Shown here: piece after piece, positions 37,061-50,100 of the stretch
How the letters are laid out: each line of letters opens with the position of its first letter
Numbering within the stretch: the first letter of the stretch is position 1
NCBI GenBank assembly: GCA_028534125.1
Contig: CM052816.1
Span: 44,332,001-44,396,000 of the forward strand
Reading direction: 5' to 3'
Source of the DNA: Lama glama
Taxonomy: Eukaryota
DNA: 64,000 nucleotides
The notes under the pieces: model-generated
Databases searched by the model: none
Told to the model about the DNA's origin: nothing
Seen by the model: only the letters and a program-made list of their open reading frames with translations
Program-made: the position numbers and the translations under genes

Positions 37061-39763
37061 ATATTCTTAATTAGAGAGAGAGATTTGTACTCAACCGATG
37101 GTCTGGATTATTAAAACGTGGGTCACTTGTAACCATTAAGATTAACAATACTGATATAAGTGGTTTTACTGAAGCAATTCATTGCAAATTAGAGGTGAAT
37201 TCTAGAACATATGCTCTTAATTTCTCCTAAAACAGAGCTTTACACTGCTATTCAGGATAAATCCACTTTGAATTTCAATTTCCAAGGTTTCTTGTTACTT
37301 TAAAAATATACAACATGCTTTTAAAATTATATGTGCTCACACTTAAATATATACATAGACTATACATATAGGTCATTGTCAGACACAGAGTGGAAGACAT
37401 TTATGAATTCAGTACTGTGAGATGCTCACATCCTCTTTGTTTTGATCTCAATACTTTGTTTTCTCATACTTTCCCATGCTTTCTAAAACTGTAGGACTGC
37501 TAAATGTTTAAGTAGCAGGAGAAACAGTTCCCATATGCTGTTAACCAATGCTCTCCCAGAGTACACGTGGCAACAGAGTCTATTGTCAGAGGTAATAAAT
37601 GTTTGACATCCAATCAGGAATGTTCTAAACACTTAGTATGAATGAGGCAAATTACCAAGCACATAATGAAGCTGACAAATTACAATTTTTTTCCTGATTG
37701 TTCCATCCAAGCAGTGCCTCCAACCACTTCACAAGATAGGTAATAGACAGACACTATCTGTCCTAGCAATGAGTATGCAATTCACTTCCTCGACATCAAA
37801 TTAAAACCTGATGCCAAGAAGCCTGGGAGTGAACTTCCCCTCTGACAGCACATCAAAGTTTGGGAAGAAGGCCCTGCGCTCAGATCAGGCCACTGCTGCC
37901 AGTTCAAATACTAATGATACAATTTAAACCGACTTCTTTTGGAAATGGCTTTCAATATGAGCAAGAGAAGACTCCAAAATTCAATCAAATCATTATTTAG
38001 GGGTGAGAGAGATGCTGATCATCTAAGTTCTGCAGTTTCTGCAAGGAATGTCTCTATGTGGAAAGAGCCATTGCTGTACATGTGCTGGTTCCAACATCTC
38101 TTTGCCTGCCTAAAGTTAAACACTCAATTAATCATTAGCCAAATCATGCTCTTACTCTTTGTTTGTCTTTAAATTTTTGTTCATATTTCCCAGCTGTTGT
38201 TATTGTTAAGTCTTGTTGACTACAGGGTATTTTCTGTTACAACTGTTCTATTTATTTTTTTATTGATACAAAACTAGCTATGTTCACTACTGAAAAATCA
38301 GAAGTGTACAATTTTTTTTAAAATATCAGAAATATAATAAGCATTTGTGTTTCCCAAAACATAGGTAAGTGTGTAGTAGTTTTAATAACATTACTTAACA
38401 GACATTAACTAATTGCTATGTTCATAGATGGGTTTGTTTGTTTTTTAATATTCTCATTTTTAATGTCGGCAGACTCTCTCCTCTCTATTTTATGAATAAA
38501 TTATAATGTATTTACTCAAACCACCCTAGCTGGAGACATTTAAATATATTTCCAACTTTCTCATTATTAAGAAAATTGATATATATTCACGGTTATACCC
38601 TTACTCACATGCTTAATTTTTAACAGTATGATGTATTCTCAAATTAGTGAATTATAACAGATAAAATGTCAGAACTTTTGGTCAATGTGTTTTTACTTTT
38701 ATTTTAAAATATAAATTATAATGAAATTAAAAATATGTTCACGGATTCATTTTCAATTAAATCAGGTGTAAATTCATGTTCAAAATTCAAAAGAATATAC
38801 TATTTATGGTATTTTTCTCAAAATAAAACTAAGTTTCTTTACACCAGAAAGAAAGTAATGTTTGAGCTTAAACTCAGGTTCTGTGCAAAGGAAGTGATAT
38901 TATTGGGCAATAAAGTTATAACCCATACTATCATCATCATCTGCATGTGTTTATTCCATACTTTCACTCCCTACATACTATCAAGACCCCTGTAATACTT
39001 TTGAAATTAAAAGGGTGCCTTCAAAACACTAGGCTCTTTGTGTATTTAGATACAAATTTAACATAATTTAGCTACTTTTAAAGGTAATTACTGGTTTGCT
39101 TTCCTATAATGTTTTCCAGAGGGGTAATTTATTTCATGAGAAAAAGAAGAGTATGGTAGCATGCACCTATGTATACAAAAATCAGCCCATCAATCTTTTA
39201 TCTACTTTTATATCAATTCTATTCCCTTAAAGTGTACAATTATTATCACTGAGGAAGAAAATCTCCACCAATTATAAGGCATCTTTGAATATAAAACAGT
39301 TCTTCTTTAAAAGAAATTAACATTTAGAATCAAAGTCTCAGAATCAATGTGTATATTCAGAAATATATGATATATAAAGAAATGTAAATAACTATACAAT
39401 TATAATGGATACCAATAAATAGATAAAGATATAGACTACAAGACTCAGGCCATGGTTTTAATGATTCTTTAAAATAACTGATTTAATTTAACCTATTTGA
39501 ATGTGATAGGATCATACTTTGCACTCTGGCACTACTTTCTGGAATATATGTTATGAATGTATGCTTTAATAATTTATAGGTTATCAAATAATATATAAAT
39601 GTACAAAATGTCTGAAAGTAAGAAAAAGAAAATACATTTCTCTACAGTAAATCCATGTCTTGTGCAAATATCTCATAGACCCGGGAAGGTTCCTTTCATA
39701 CACTGCAGGCAAATAGATGGCTAGTCTACATCATCTATTCTGGGCCTATGGCAGACATCACCA

Positions 39764-39937
39764 CCAGGTTTCATTGACTCTAAGATGCTGTCCATCATTG
39801 GACACATCACTATTTCATACTTGACTGAAAAAGAAAAACAGTACTACCAATAAGACTATGACATGTCATTGATTGTTAGACACACACCTCAATTCCAGAG
39901 AAGGAAAAGTATCAATCCTAACATATATGAAATATTG
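39764..39937. mobile_element. MER104-like Tc2/mariner MITE
   Basis: Imperfect TIRs CCAGGTTTCATTGACTCTAAGATG / CCTAACATATATGAAATATTG followed by TA. Confidence 0.6.
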
Positions 39938-40078
39938 TAATGAATCATGACACTCTTTTCTACTAAATCTGAATACAGCCTCCAATTATTTTGCAATACA
40001 ACAGTCCCTACAGGCATACATATACAGAAGGATAATTTGGTATGGGAATGATTTGATGCAAGAATTACCTGTGATAAT

Positions 40079-41274
40079 GCAAAACATTATCTGACATAAA
40101 TCTCAGCAAAGTTCTTCTAGGGCAGTCTACCCAGGCAATAGAAATAAAAGCAAAAATAAACAAATGGGACTTAATTAAACTATAAGCTTTGCACAGCAAA
40201 GGAAACCATAAACAAAACAAAAAGACAGCCTGCAGAATGGGAGGAGATATTTGCAAAAGATGAGACTGACAAGGGCTTAATTTCCAGACTATATAAACAG
40301 CTCATACAACTTAATAAGAAAAAACCAAACAACCCAATCCAAAAATGGGCAGAAGAACTAAACAAGCAATTCTCCACTGAAGACATATGAATGGCCAATA
40401 CGCAGATGAAAAAATGCTCAATACTGTTAATTATCAGAGAATGCAAATCAAAACTACAATGAGGTATCACCTCACACCAGTCAGAATGGCCGTCATGCAA
40501 AAGTCCATGAACGATAAATGCTGGAGAGAGTGTGGAGAAAAGGGAACTCTCCTACACTGTTGGTGGGAATATAGTTTGGTGCAGCCATTATGGAAAACAG
40601 TATGGAGATTCCTCAAAAGAATAAAAATAGATTTACCATAAGATCCAGCAATTCCACTCCTGGGCATATATCCAGAGGAAACCTTAATTCAAAAAAATAC
40701 ATGCACCCCCATGTTCACAGCAGCACTATTTATAATAGCCAAGACATGGAAACAGCCTAAATGTCCATTGACAGATGACTGGATAAAGAAGTTGTGGTAT
40801 ATTTATACAATAGAATACTACTCAGCCATGAAAAATAATAAAATAATGCCATTTGCAGCAACATGGATGGACCTGGAGATAGTCATTCTAAGTGAAGTAA
40901 GCCAGAAAGAGAAAGAAAACTACCATATGATATCACTTATATGTGGAATCTTAAAAAAAAATTAAAAACAAATGAACTTATTTACAAAACAGAAACAGAC
41001 TCACATAGAAAACAAATATATGGTTAACAGGAGAGGGGAAGGGGGTGGGTGGAGGGAATAAATTGGGAGTTCGAGATTTGCAGATACTAACTAATATATA
41101 TAAAATAGATAAACAACAAGTTTATATTGTATAGTACAGGGAACTATAGTCAATATCTTATAGTAACTTATAGTGAAAAAGAATATGAAAATGAATATAT
41201 GTATGTTCATGTATGACTGAGGCATTATGCTGTACATCAGAAACTGACACATTGTAAACTGACTATACTTCAAT

Positions 41275-41275
<1 letters not shown>
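40079..41275 (+). mobile_element. 5'-truncated L1 (1.2 kb), related to but distinct from the youngest family
   Basis: [17 protein letters not shown]...HCWWE...TWMDLEIVILSEVSQKEKE; collinear with 56372-57545 but with a diverged 3'UTR. Confidence 0.96.

Positions 41276-41280
<5 letters not shown>

Positions 41281-41342
<62 letters not shown>
41281..41342. repeat. Compound microsatellite (TA)13(GA)18
   Basis: Perfect repeat at the position of the L1 tail. Confidence 0.98.
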
Positions 41343-41345
<3 letters not shown>

Positions 41346-41559
41346 GCAGTTCATGCTATATAATAAACCCAGAATATTGCATACCACTTTGATCCTGTCT
41401 ATTGAAAAAAGTTAATTTATTGAAGGAATTTCCCATAAACATCTCTCTCTCTCTCTCTCTTTCAACAATAAACAGAAAGAATATGGGAAGAAGTGAAGAA
41501 AAAATAAAGGAAGAAAGAAATATACCATTAACCGTGGTTCCAAGTATTAGGAGCCATAT

Positions 41560-41740
41560 ATATGCATTTCATGTATATGTTTTACTTGATACTCCCAGGA
41601 ACTTGAAAATTTCACCTGTTCATTTTTAAAGGGAAGGGACCTAATACTCAGGTTAGTGAATAACTTACTCAAATTCACATAGCCATCAGGTATGCAATTT
41701 TGGGGTTACTTGATTCCAAGTTTTTAAACTTACTCTGCTA
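41560..41740 (-). mobile_element. MIR SINE
   Basis: CATTTTTAAAGGGAAGGGACCTAATACTCAGGTTAGTGAATAACTTACTCAAATTCACATAGC. Confidence 0.65.
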
Positions 41741-44384
41741 CTTCAGAATGGTCCTCTGAAATTTACTTCACAGGCAATTTGGCTCCACAATTATTTACCA
41801 AATGAAGGGATACCTGTACACAACCAGAACTAGAATCTCCTGATACAGTCCAGATAGCATAGTTATATTTAATTCTATCTGATATATTCTGATTATTTGC
41901 CTAATGTATGGACACTTTCTTAGAAAAAAAATTGCTACAACTCTTTTTCACCTTTGACTGTATGCTTCTGTGGATTATGGTTCATTTCAAGATGTTAGAG
42001 CTACAGTTTCTCAAGTTCCTTTGTTACATTCTTTTGTTTGACTATCTTAAACACACATACACACACACACTCCTAAGGGGCCGGAAATGCTCTGTGTTCT
42101 TGGCCTAGCCTGTAATATCCATTATAGTAGAGCTATGTCTTTCTTTTAAAATATAGTTTAACTCAATGAATAAATTATTCCATTTTCAAATTATTGAAAT
42201 ATTTCTAATAATGTCACTGCATGTCAAGGTAAAGAAGATTTAGGCCAAGGAGAAGTAGAACTAGGTTAATCAGTCACAAGAGTTTTGGAGCAAACTGTCT
42301 GTACTTTTAGCAAAACCAACTTACTTGTTCATTTTAAGGAGACATTTTGTTCTTTGTGGAACATGCTACTTCATTTTAAGGCTTCTTTTTTTTGTGAAGG
42401 AGTTGTTCCCTCTGGTGCCTGAAACTACTGCATGAGCCTATTGTGATTTCTTTTTTGGTGGAAACCATGACTCTCTCGGGTACATTAGTCTGGTTTAAAG
42501 TGGCCCCTCAATTGTAAATGATCAAATTGCTACATGGACCATTTATATAGAGGTATTTCTTTTGGAACAAGAGGGAAATCAAGTGTTTTTGTGCCACACC
42601 AGGGACCCAACATGCTCAAATAGATAAGCCACTGGCCTAAGGATGTAAAACCCTTCATACTTTCATTTTATTCCTATTCTTTGTTATCTATTTAGAGCCA
42701 TGTAGTTAAATCTTTTTAATTTAAATTCACAGACATTAAAAACACCAAAGGAAAGGATTCAAAAAATTAGATATTTCATGTTAACTGAAATTCAGCAAGT
42801 ACTTATACAACATTTTTTTTTGATTAAAAAAATTCAGTAGGAATTTTTTTTTTAAGAGATGGAAGATGTCATGAGGATAGAAAAATAATAAAACTTCCAT
42901 TACAACAGTGGCTTCAATAAAGGAGTACAGGTGTTTATGAATGTTGAAACTAGTAACTCAGGTTTCCAAGCTCTTATTAAGAATTTAAAAATATATCACA
43001 GATAGTGAAGTAAACTATTAATTTCCTTGATTTTGACTAAAATTATATCAACTCAACTGTCATGACACCATTTTTTATAAGGCTCAAACATTTTATTAAT
43101 GCTTATATAGTATTTAATTTTAAAAACAGAAAACATATGAGATAATAAATAAAGGTTGATAAGCAAAAATATGTTTAAACACAGGACCAATCAAGGGGAA
43201 ATAATAAAAGGGATAATTCGTAATAAAAGTGTCTGACCTTCAGAAACTCATAATTTGCCTTCTTTGATGTTAAGCTGCTAAGGAAGACTTAAGAATATAG
43301 AATCCCTTTGCAAAAAATCAGTTATCAGTAAGTTCATGATTTAAGGAATTAAATACTAATATAATTGGCATTTCAATATATAAATATTAAATATTTCTCA
43401 ATCATAAAAGATAAGGTATATTTTTCCTTTGCTATATTGCTTTCTGTAATGGATATACTTTTATCCCCTTGAACATTTACACAGAATGGGTATAACAACA
43501 ATTGACAATTGATTCGTGCTCATGCACTATTAGATATGAGACTGTTGAACAGGAATCTGTGGGTTACTGCTTGATATACAGAGGTGAGGAGACAGCTTTC
43601 ATGATAATGTGAAAATGTCAGGGGTAACAGTTAAGCCATTGTCAGCTAGGACCCAAATAAGAAACTTCCCATCAACAGGAATAAATGATAAATATCCCTA
43701 TTGCCACAGCATCAGAGAATGCAGTATAACTGAGACCAGAGGCAAATTTTGGTAAGCCAAATCAACCCTATTTTAAAAGTAATTTTAGAAAAATTTTAGG
43801 CAGGAGAACTTATGACAAAATCACCTGGTAAACATTTAGTTGTCATTTCACCTTGATCAACTGAACTGGTATAAATATTATTTTATTTAATTATATGTTA
43901 TGAGACCCTGGAAAAGGGTGACTCTTTGTCACAGTACATGTACTTATAAGATCTGTAATACATGGAAGAAGTGAAGAGTGACTGGTCCTATAATTTCTTT
44001 GTAAGAAGTAAATTTATTCATATTTAGCTTTAGAGTTTAATTTTTATAACTTTCTTATTTACTTTAGACAAATAACAAAATGAATATTGCTTTCTTTCTA
44101 GAGTGTTGAATCTGTCCGTCTTATGAACTGTCAGTTATATAAAAGCCTTAAAGATTCCTTTTGGGAATTATCATTTGTATGTTCCTGCCGTGGCTACAAC
44201 ACACCTGAGTTTTATAAATAATGATTATATTTCCAAGATAGAAGAGGGGAAAACATGTAATCAACATCCCATTGAAAAAATCGCTTCTACTTTTATTTTT
44301 CTGTTTTTCTGACTAGATAAGAGTTAAGATTCAGTTGAGCATTAGAGAAAAAGCATTTGAATAAAAATTTGAATATATGCAGTA

Positions 44385-44560
44385 TTTCATAGAGTTTAGA
44401 GCTCAGAACTGAGAGACAAATTTCATGGATTCAACTCTCTGACTCCCCACTAGTCAACCATATATCCTTGGATAAATTAAATGAGTGTGTTTCAGTTTTC
44501 ACATCCGTAAAATGGGGATAATACTATAAGTAATGGTGTACATTAAGAATGGTGCATATA
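44385..44560 (+). mobile_element. MIR SINE
   Basis: CATAGAGTTTAGAGC...CCTTGGATAAATTA...CAGTTTTCACATCCGTAAAATGGGGATAATA. Confidence 0.8.
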
Positions 44561-45224
44561 CTATTGCTGTTAGTAAAATTATATAGCTTAAAGCCTCAGT
44601 TTTATGATCAATAATAAGTAATTTGATTAAGTAATCTCTACTTTTGACTATATTTTGAAAATCTTGTATTAAATTTAATTATATATGATAGGAAAAAGTT
44701 TTAAAAATAATTTTCTATTACATCTGCAAGACAGATACATTTCACTAACAGTTAAATATTTAGTAGTAGTATTTAATACTTGTTTATATATTTGTATTAT
44801 GTAAATGAGCATATTATACAATTATATATAGTTGCTACATAATTATGTTATGTTATATAAATATTTAATTTTAATATTTAATATTTACTTTGCCCTAGCA
44901 TGAAGATAACATCTTTAATATAATGAATTTTAATAAATTTGAAGATTGTATTTAATGTGTAATGATATTTAAGGGTAGACACATAACAAATCTGGGATCA
45001 GTTATTATCTTTGTCAGAAAGTATAAACATAGGAAAAAGTATAAGGTATATTTACAAGAGAAAATGCTTAGACAGAAATTATGGGAAGATGAGAAAAGAG
45101 AATGAAATAGAGAAAGACTATGTAGCTAATGTGGCAAGAGTGACTGGAAGAGGTGTGTGAAAAATACCCGCTAGAGAAATGTTCTTCCCGATATCTACTA
45201 CTGCTAACTCTGAATATCCCAATA

Positions 45225-45483
45225 TATTTTATTTCTAATTTTGTTTTCTGTGTCCTCTCTCTTTTCTTCCTGGTGAGCCTGGACAGAGCTTTGTTGATTT
45301 TGTTTACCCTTTGAAAGAAACAACTCTTGGTTTTATTGATTTTTTCTATTGTTTTTAAATCTCTATTTCACTTACTTCCTCTCTTATCTTTATTATTTCT
45401 TTCCTTCTGTTGACGTTAGATTTGGTTTGCTCTTCTCTTTCTAATTCTTTTAGGTGGTAGATTAGGTTGTTTATTTGATTTAG
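45225..45483 (-). mobile_element. Inverted L1 ORF2 fragment (EN-RT linker)
   Basis: Minus-strand translation NQINNLIYHLKELEREEQTKSNVNRRKEIIKIREEVSEIE. Confidence 0.92.
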
Positions 45484-46178
45484 TGATCCTACTAATACTA
45501 TATCCAAAGGAAATGAAATCACTATCTGGAAGAGCTGTCTCAACTCCTGTGTTCATGGTAACATTATTCACAATAGAAAAAATATGCAAACAACCCAAGT
45601 GACTAATGACAGATGAATGAATAAAGAAAATGTGAGATTAGATATATATATATTTGTGTGTACACAAAATGGAATATTCAGTCTTAATAAAAGAAGGAAA
45701 TCCTGCCAATTGTGACACATGGATGAAACTAGAGAACATTATCTGAAGTGAGATAAGTCTGACAGAGAAAGAGAAAAGACAAACTGTTCAGTGCAATGTA
45801 TTTGCTAATTTGAACAACAAAATAAAAATAAGCTCACAAAAACAGAGTAGAATGGTGGATGCCAGGGGTTGGGAGGTAGGGAAAATGGATAAATGCTGTT
45901 CAGAGGGTACAAACTTTCAGTTATAAGATGAATAAGTTCTGAAGATCTAATCTACATGGTGACTATATTTAATAATATGTTCTGCATACTTGAAATTTGC
46001 TAAAATATTATATCTTAAGCATTCTCACACACACAGAAATCTATGTGAGGTGATAGATTTGTTAATTAACTTGACTGTGGTAATCATTTAACAATGTAAA
46101 TGTATATTAAATAATCACACTGTTCAATTGAAATATATTATAGTTTTGTCAATTACACTTCAATATAGCTGGAGGAAA
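45484..46178 (+). mobile_element. L1MA-type 3' end (ORF2 C-terminus plus 3'UTR)
   Basis: TGTTCATGGTAACATTATTCACAATAG...GGGTACAAACTTTCAGTTATAAGATGAATAAGTTCTG...CAATATAGCTGGAGGAAAAA. Confidence 0.9.
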
Positions 46179-47190
46179 AACTCTACACCTAAAAATTTGA
46201 AAACTTAGATAAAATGGACTAATTCCTTGAGAGATACAATCCACCAAAGCCCATACATGGGGAAAACTGGTAATCTGAGTAAGTCTCTCTCTATTAAATA
46301 AACTGTATCAAAAACTAATAATCTTCTGAAATAGAAATCAACGGGCTAATATTTCACTGCTGAAAGCTACGAAGCATTTAAAGATGAAATGGCAAGAATT
46401 CTCTACAAACTCCTCCATAAAATAGAGGCAGAACAGAAACTTCCTAACTCATTCTGTGAAAACAAACTTACCTTAAAAACAAAACCAGATAAAGACATTA
46501 CAAGAGAGGCTAAATTACAAATCAATCTCTCTCATGAACATAGGCATAAAAATTCTCAATAAAATATGAGCAAATTGAATCTAACAATGTACAGAAAAAA
46601 CTAGACACCATGGACAAATGGGATTTATTTCAGGTATGCAAGGCTGGTTCAACATTAGAAAATGAAATAATGTAATCCATCAGATCCACAGGGTGAAAAA
46701 GAAAAGTCATATGATCATGTGAATAAGTGAGAAAAAGAATTCAACAAAATCCAGCATCCATACATATATACATGATAGAAATTCTCAGAAAACTAGGAAT
46801 GAAAAGGAATTTACACAACTCAATTAAAAAAAATTATGAAAACCTACAGATAACATTATACTTAATGGTGAGATGGTTCCCCTAAGATTGGGAGCAAGGT
46901 AAAAATATTTCTTCTCACTACTCCTATTGAACATTATACTGGAAGGCCTAGTAATGCAGTAAGATGAGAAAAGGAAATTATTAACACATATTGGGAAGGA
47001 AGAAAAGAAACTATCTTTGTTCATAGGTGATATGATGTTGTATGTTGAAAATCCCAAACGACTGACAAAAAAATAAATATAGCCTCTTTAAATTAGTGAG
47101 CATTGCAAATTTACAAGATACAAGGTAGATGTACAAAAATCAATTCCTTTCTTCTATGTCACTAGTGAAATTAGAAACACATCACTTACA
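46179..47190 (+). mobile_element. Layer 1 of nest: old L1MC-like ORF2, left half
   Basis: RT-region remnants (GGGATTTATTTCAGGTATGCAAGGCTGGTTCAAC; TTCATAGGTGATATG) stop at the point where 58247 resumes. Confidence 0.9.
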
Positions 47191-50100
47191 AGAGTGGGCA
47201 GGATGGTGGAATAAGAAGACCCTGAGCTCAACTTCTCCTATGGTTGCATCAAAATTACATTTACAGAGTAACTATTGATGATAAAGATCTAAAGATTAGC
47301 AGAAATGATCTTCTACAGCTAAAGACATACGGAAGGAACCACAAGATGGGTCAGAGGGGCCGAGACATGGCATAGCTAAGATCCATACCACCGGCGATCT
47401 ATAAAGAGGACAGTTATAATCATAGAGGTTCTCCTGAAAGAGTGAGAGATCCAAGCTGCATATCAAGCTCCCCAGCTCAGAGGTCTTCCACTGGGTAGAT
47501 GAGCCCCAAGAATACTGGCTTTGAATGTCAGCAGAGCTTATCTGCTAGGAGAGCCAGAGGGTTGTGGAAAATACCCTACTCTTAAAGGGCATAAACAAAA
47601 TCTCACATGCTCTGGGATCCAGGGCAGAAGCAGTAATTTGAAAGAAGCCTGGGTGAGACCCACCTGCTGCACTTCCCAGAGAGGAAAGAGTCAACTGGAG
47701 CTCACCCTGGAGACACAGACAATAGTGGCAAGCATTTTTAAGAGCTTGTGTTGCCAGGAGAACACTGGTGTTTGCAAGTGCCATTTTGGAATTCTCCCTC
47801 TAGCTTAGTAGCACCAGTACCTTGCCCTGACCACCAGCCTGCCTGCACCAGTACTGGGACCCCTCAGGTCAAGCAGCTAGCTGGGCAGGGACACAGGGAC
47901 ACAGGGACACAGCTTCACTCAACTAGAAGGCCTGCTGTCTTAAGACTTCCTCTGTCCACAGCCACCCTGGGACTCTACCTTACCCATCAGAGAGCCCAAG
48001 AATCAATCCCACTCACCACTGTAATGGCATTACCCCTGGAATCCCCCACAGACTCACAGGCAGACATTGGGACCCAGCCTAAACCACCAGTGGTTGACAC
48101 TAGCCCTGGGACCAGCCCTACACACCAGTGGGGTACCAGCCCCAGGCCCCCCTGGGCCACACCCCATTCACCAGCATGCTAACACCAACTCTAAGACCCA
48201 CGGGGCTCTGCAGCCAGAGACCCAGGACTGAGCTCTGGATACCCTGGGCTTGAGTATCAACCCTTGTGGGTGAACACCAGCCCCAGGACTACTGTAGCCC
48301 CACAGCCTACCATTTCAGGACCTAGCCCATCCACCAACAGATTCACACCAGCCCCAAGACTATCAGGTCAATACTAATTTGGGGACATATTGAGTCCCTC
48401 AGCAAGAAGCCTCAGGATCCAGCCCCACACACCAATGAGTTGACATCAGCTTTGGGAAACCCTGGTCTCCACAGCCAGCCATGTCAGGAACTGATTGGGC
48501 TTACTAGCCAGCCAACATGAATTCTGGGACCTTCATGGCCCTGCAACCAGGGAGGCTGGGACCCAGTCCCATTCACCAGCAAGCTGACACCACCTTCAAG
48601 AAATCCTGGACCCCGCAGCCAGCTGTATCAGGAACCAGCACCATGCACCAGCAGGCCCATACTAGATCAAGGACTCCAGTCCCATAACCACCGATTCTGA
48701 AACCTGGCTCTATCCACCAGATGGCCAGCACTAGCCCTGGGTCCACTGGGGTGCTGTAACCTGCTGCCTTGTGACCCAGCTCCACACACCAGCAGCTGGC
48801 AGTCTCCTCACACAGCTGGGCCTGGCAACCAACCAGACTGGGGGCCAGTCATGCTACCAGATCACCAGAGTAGTCAGCCCACCACAACAGAAGTACCCAT
48901 GCAGCCCACACAGGAGGCACTCCTAGAGCATATAACTCTGGTGACCAGAGGGAAGCATGCTACCGAGATGCATAGGAGGTCTCCTACAAAAGGCTACTTC
49001 TCCAAGGTTAGGAAATCTAACCAACTTAGCAAAAACAAAGAAATGAAAGCAGCAAATTAATCAAAATGCAAAGGATCATAAGAGATTTACTACAAACAAT
49101 TATATGCCAATAAAATAGACAACCTAGAAGAAATGAACAATTACTAGAAATGTAAAGTCTCCTAAGACTGAACCAGGTACAAACAGAAAATATAAACAGA
49201 CAAAATTACCTGTAATAAAACTGAATCAGTTAAAAAAAAAAGAGAGAGAGAGAGGGTGCGAGTAAGAATTCAGGTGAATTCTACCAAATATTTAAAGAGT
49301 TAATATTTATTCTTCTCAAACTATTCCAAAAAATTGTGGAGGAAGGAACACTTCCAGACTCATTTTGTGAGGCCAATATCACTTTGTACCAAAACAAAGA
49401 TAAATAAAATAAAGATATCACGAAAAAATAAAATTACAGATCAATATCACTGAAGGACAGAGATACAATAATCTTCAACAAAATATTAGCAAACTGAATT
49501 CAACACTACATTAAAAGGATCATAGGTGATACTCAAGTGGGGTTTATCCCACGGATGTAAGGACGGTTCAATATGCACAAGTCAGTCAATGTGATACTCC
49601 ATATTAACAAATTCAAGAAAAAAATATTGTGATCTCAACGTATGTAGTCAAAGTTTTTGACAAAATTCAACATCCACTTATAATAAAAACTCTCCAGAAA
49701 TTGATTATAGAGGAAACATACCTCAGCATAATACAGGCCATATATGATGAGCCCACAGCTAACATCATACTCAATGTTGAAAAACTGAAAGTATTCCCTC
49801 TAAGATCAAGAACAAGACAAGGATGCCCACTCTGGTAACTTCTGTTTAAGATGGTACTGAAATCCCTAGCCTCTGCAATCAGATAATAGAAAAGACATAA
49901 AAGGAATCAACAGGACAGCTGCATGCAAAATTGAACTGGACTACCTTCTCACATTATGCACAAAAATAAATTCCACATGGATTAAAGAGTTAAATATAAG
50001 ACTTGAAACCATAAAAATTCTAGAAGACAACATAGGCAGTAAGCTCTTTACCATCCATCTTACTAGCATCTTTTTTTTTTTTTGATATGTCTCCTTGGGC

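Noticed and set aside
47748..48182. 144-aa Pro/Thr-rich ORF
   Set aside because: By-product of the C-rich L1 5'UTR repeats.
48060..48800. Tandem array as a CRISPR-like array
   Set aside because: The monomers are degenerate, with no identical repeats or unique spacers, and lie inside a mammalian L1 5'UTR.
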